A model generated the notes under the pieces. It was not told the DNA's origin, ran no database searches, and saw only the letters and a list, made by a program, of their open reading frames with translations. Source: Amoebidium appalachense (Eukaryota; Protista; Ichthyosporea). From it: a DNA stretch of 64,000 bases. The DNA is taken from assembly GCA_963693365.1 (NCBI GenBank), contig CAVNZM010000006.1:5497264-5561263 (forward strand), in the 5' to 3' direction. Positions 61,994-64,000 of the stretch are shown piece by piece (the stretch's first letter is position 1; each line of letters opens with the position of its first letter). Made by a program: the position numbers and the translations under genes.

Positions 61994-62467
61994 CATACAC
62001 ACACACATACACACCCACACCAACACACATTACCACCCATCATGTGTGCATTGCAATCTGCATTGTCTTGTCCATCATGACAGTTTACTTCGTACTCTGA
62101 TGCGCATTTTTATTCCGACACCCCCCCCCCCCCCCCCCCCCTCCCCCCCCCCTCCCCCTTCCCTCCCCCCCCCCCCACCCGCCCACCCACCCACCCACCC
62201 ACCCACCCCCACCCCAGCCCAACACATACTCCCTACCAAACCCCCTCAATCCCTCTCTCCCCCCCCCCCAAAAAAAAAAAAAAAAAAAGAAGAAGAAGGA
62301 AAAACGTACAGACACACACATATACACTTCTTGACTTTCTCATATTCTTTTCCCTTGCTGTCCCATTTTAACCCCCTCTCCCCAACAATACAGCATACGT
62401 GCCCACATGCTACGTGAGACTCTGGAAGACATTTTGGTTCTTCGTGTTGCCGACCCGGGACCCCAAG
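59771..62467 (+). CDS. Unknown secreted or membrane glycoprotein, 5' partial (first 3 exons)
   Basis: Candidate exons 59771-60118 (GTGAGT donor), 61149-61336 (GTAAGA donor) and 62394-62467 join in phase without stops. Hydrophobic N-terminus [23 protein letters not shown] and several N-X-T sequons. No family recognised; probably continues past the window. Confidence 0.55.
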
Positions 62468-62532
62468 GTGTGTTTTCTAAGGACATGTTTTTAGGTTCTA
62501 TTTTCATTCTTTTATTTTGTCTTTTTTTTTTT

Positions 62533-62563
<31 letters not shown>

Positions 62564-63130
62564 GGGTGGGGGGGGGGGGGCTCTATACACATCTCTTCAG
62601 CTCCGAAGTAACCCTTACACCCCATCACCTCTATAATTTGCCAACGGAATCAATGAAGGAATCATCGATTAGAATGAATCGTCAAACCTGTAGGTGTTGT
62701 AAAGGGTTTGCCGTATCAGGAAACAATTTCGTAACACGGCCCTTTTATTCCCCTCCATTCCTTCTCCTAATCATTGTTGTTGTGTTCAGTTTAACCGATC
62801 TCTCTCTCTTCCTCTCTCCCCTACACACTCACACGCACGCACAGGCACACGGACATATGCACGCACACGCGCGCACGCACAACTCAAGCGCACACTTCAC
62901 CAAATTGGACAGACACACACAGGTCCATGCACACCTCCATGTTTCCCTTAGCTTTAAAACACAATATTATCTGCTGCTTCCTAGAATGCGATTTCCATTG
63001 TATCCAAATTGCTTGGTAGTGTGGAGCATGTCCTAATTCACATCATCTACTCTCTTCCCGCCACAAGGCACATACAGAAAAATCACACACAAACACACAC
63101 ACACACACACACATAGACACACACGCACGC

Positions 63131-63161
<31 letters not shown>

Positions 63162-63273
63162 AATATTTACACATAAACAAACACAAACAAACACACGAAC
63201 AAGAACACAAACACACACAATCCCCCCCCCCCCCCCCCCCCCCCCATACAGACGCGCGCACACACGCACGCAC

Positions 63274-63311
<38 letters not shown>

Positions 63312-63329
63312 AAATACACACCTCTCTAG

Positions 63330-64000
63330 GTCATCTGACCACTCCTATCCTTTTCCTACCTAAGATCTCCCTTGATCTGCTCCCCCCTCCCCCTCCCACC
63401 TTTCGCCTCCGTCTATCCCAGCTTAAGTCACAGTGGGGTAGAGTTGATGTATGTGTATGCTATGCTACGAAACACCCTATATATATGCGCCTATTAGAAT
63501 CTGCACAAGCCAGGCCAGATTCACATCTCGTACTAGATACATGCACTAACTTTATTGTTGATGATTTGATAGATCTCGGTGATTATGCTGGCGGTGGTAG
63601 GAAGGAATATCCCGATGCTCTCTTGTTACCAAACACCACTCCCGCTAGACTAGGTGAACCCCTGTCTCAAAAGGAAAGCTTGCGCCGGCTTGCTAGTATG
63701 AATCGATTTGGCCCCCCTGCTCGTATTATTGGTGATACCACTGGAGACCCCCTCATAGACTCTGATAAGTATTTCTCGGAACTGTTTAAAGATAGGACCC
63801 CCGCTCAGAAACCTATTGTGTGGCCTGTAGACCCATCTATCCCCATAGAATCGATCCTCCCCTTTTTCAGTCCCGATGCCATATGGTCTGTGATATCTAG
63901 TTATAGCTCTAGTAAGTCTTGTGGACCTGATGGACTCCCTGCTGGGTTTCTTAAAATCCTTGTTCCCTCCTACCCACAAAAGGAAAGTGATCGTGCTATT
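63330..64000 (+). mobile_element. Second copy of the same LINE family, longer at the 5' end, truncated by the window edge
   Basis: 63681-64000 aligns closely by eye with the sequence from 43993 onward (TGCGCCGGCTTGCTAGTATGAATCGATTTGGCCCCC...). Possible APE-endonuclease SDH motif at 63334-63342. The frame is disrupted. Confidence 0.85.

Overview
Eukaryotic genomic DNA with long introns packed with poly(C)/poly(G), (CA)n/(GT)n and (GA)n tracts; gene content suggests a unicellular holozoan (inference). Almost all ORFs in the supplied track are low-complexity noise. Manual exon stitching with phase-consistent splice sites gives four complete genes and one partial gene: VPS45 (minus, 12 exons, with an intronic tRNA-His), a head-to-head hormone-sensitive-lipase-like gene (plus, 2 exons), a ZER1/ZYG11-family CRL2 substrate receptor (plus, 20 exons, one GC donor), an aldo-keto reductase (minus, 5 exons) and the 5' part of an unknown secreted glycoprotein. 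There are two degenerate copies of a LINE, four TTAA-flanked MITE-like elements and a foldback element with CCCAAA-rich arms. The most notable signal is two ~105-135 nt intronic repeat families that share a GATGGGCTCTG 5' motif, are sense to their host genes, are often 5'-truncated and end at a poly(C) tract. One copy is flanked by a ~90-nt duplication of a VPS45 splice acceptor plus exon start. This suggests a poly(C)-tailed or poly(C)-targeting retroposon system.
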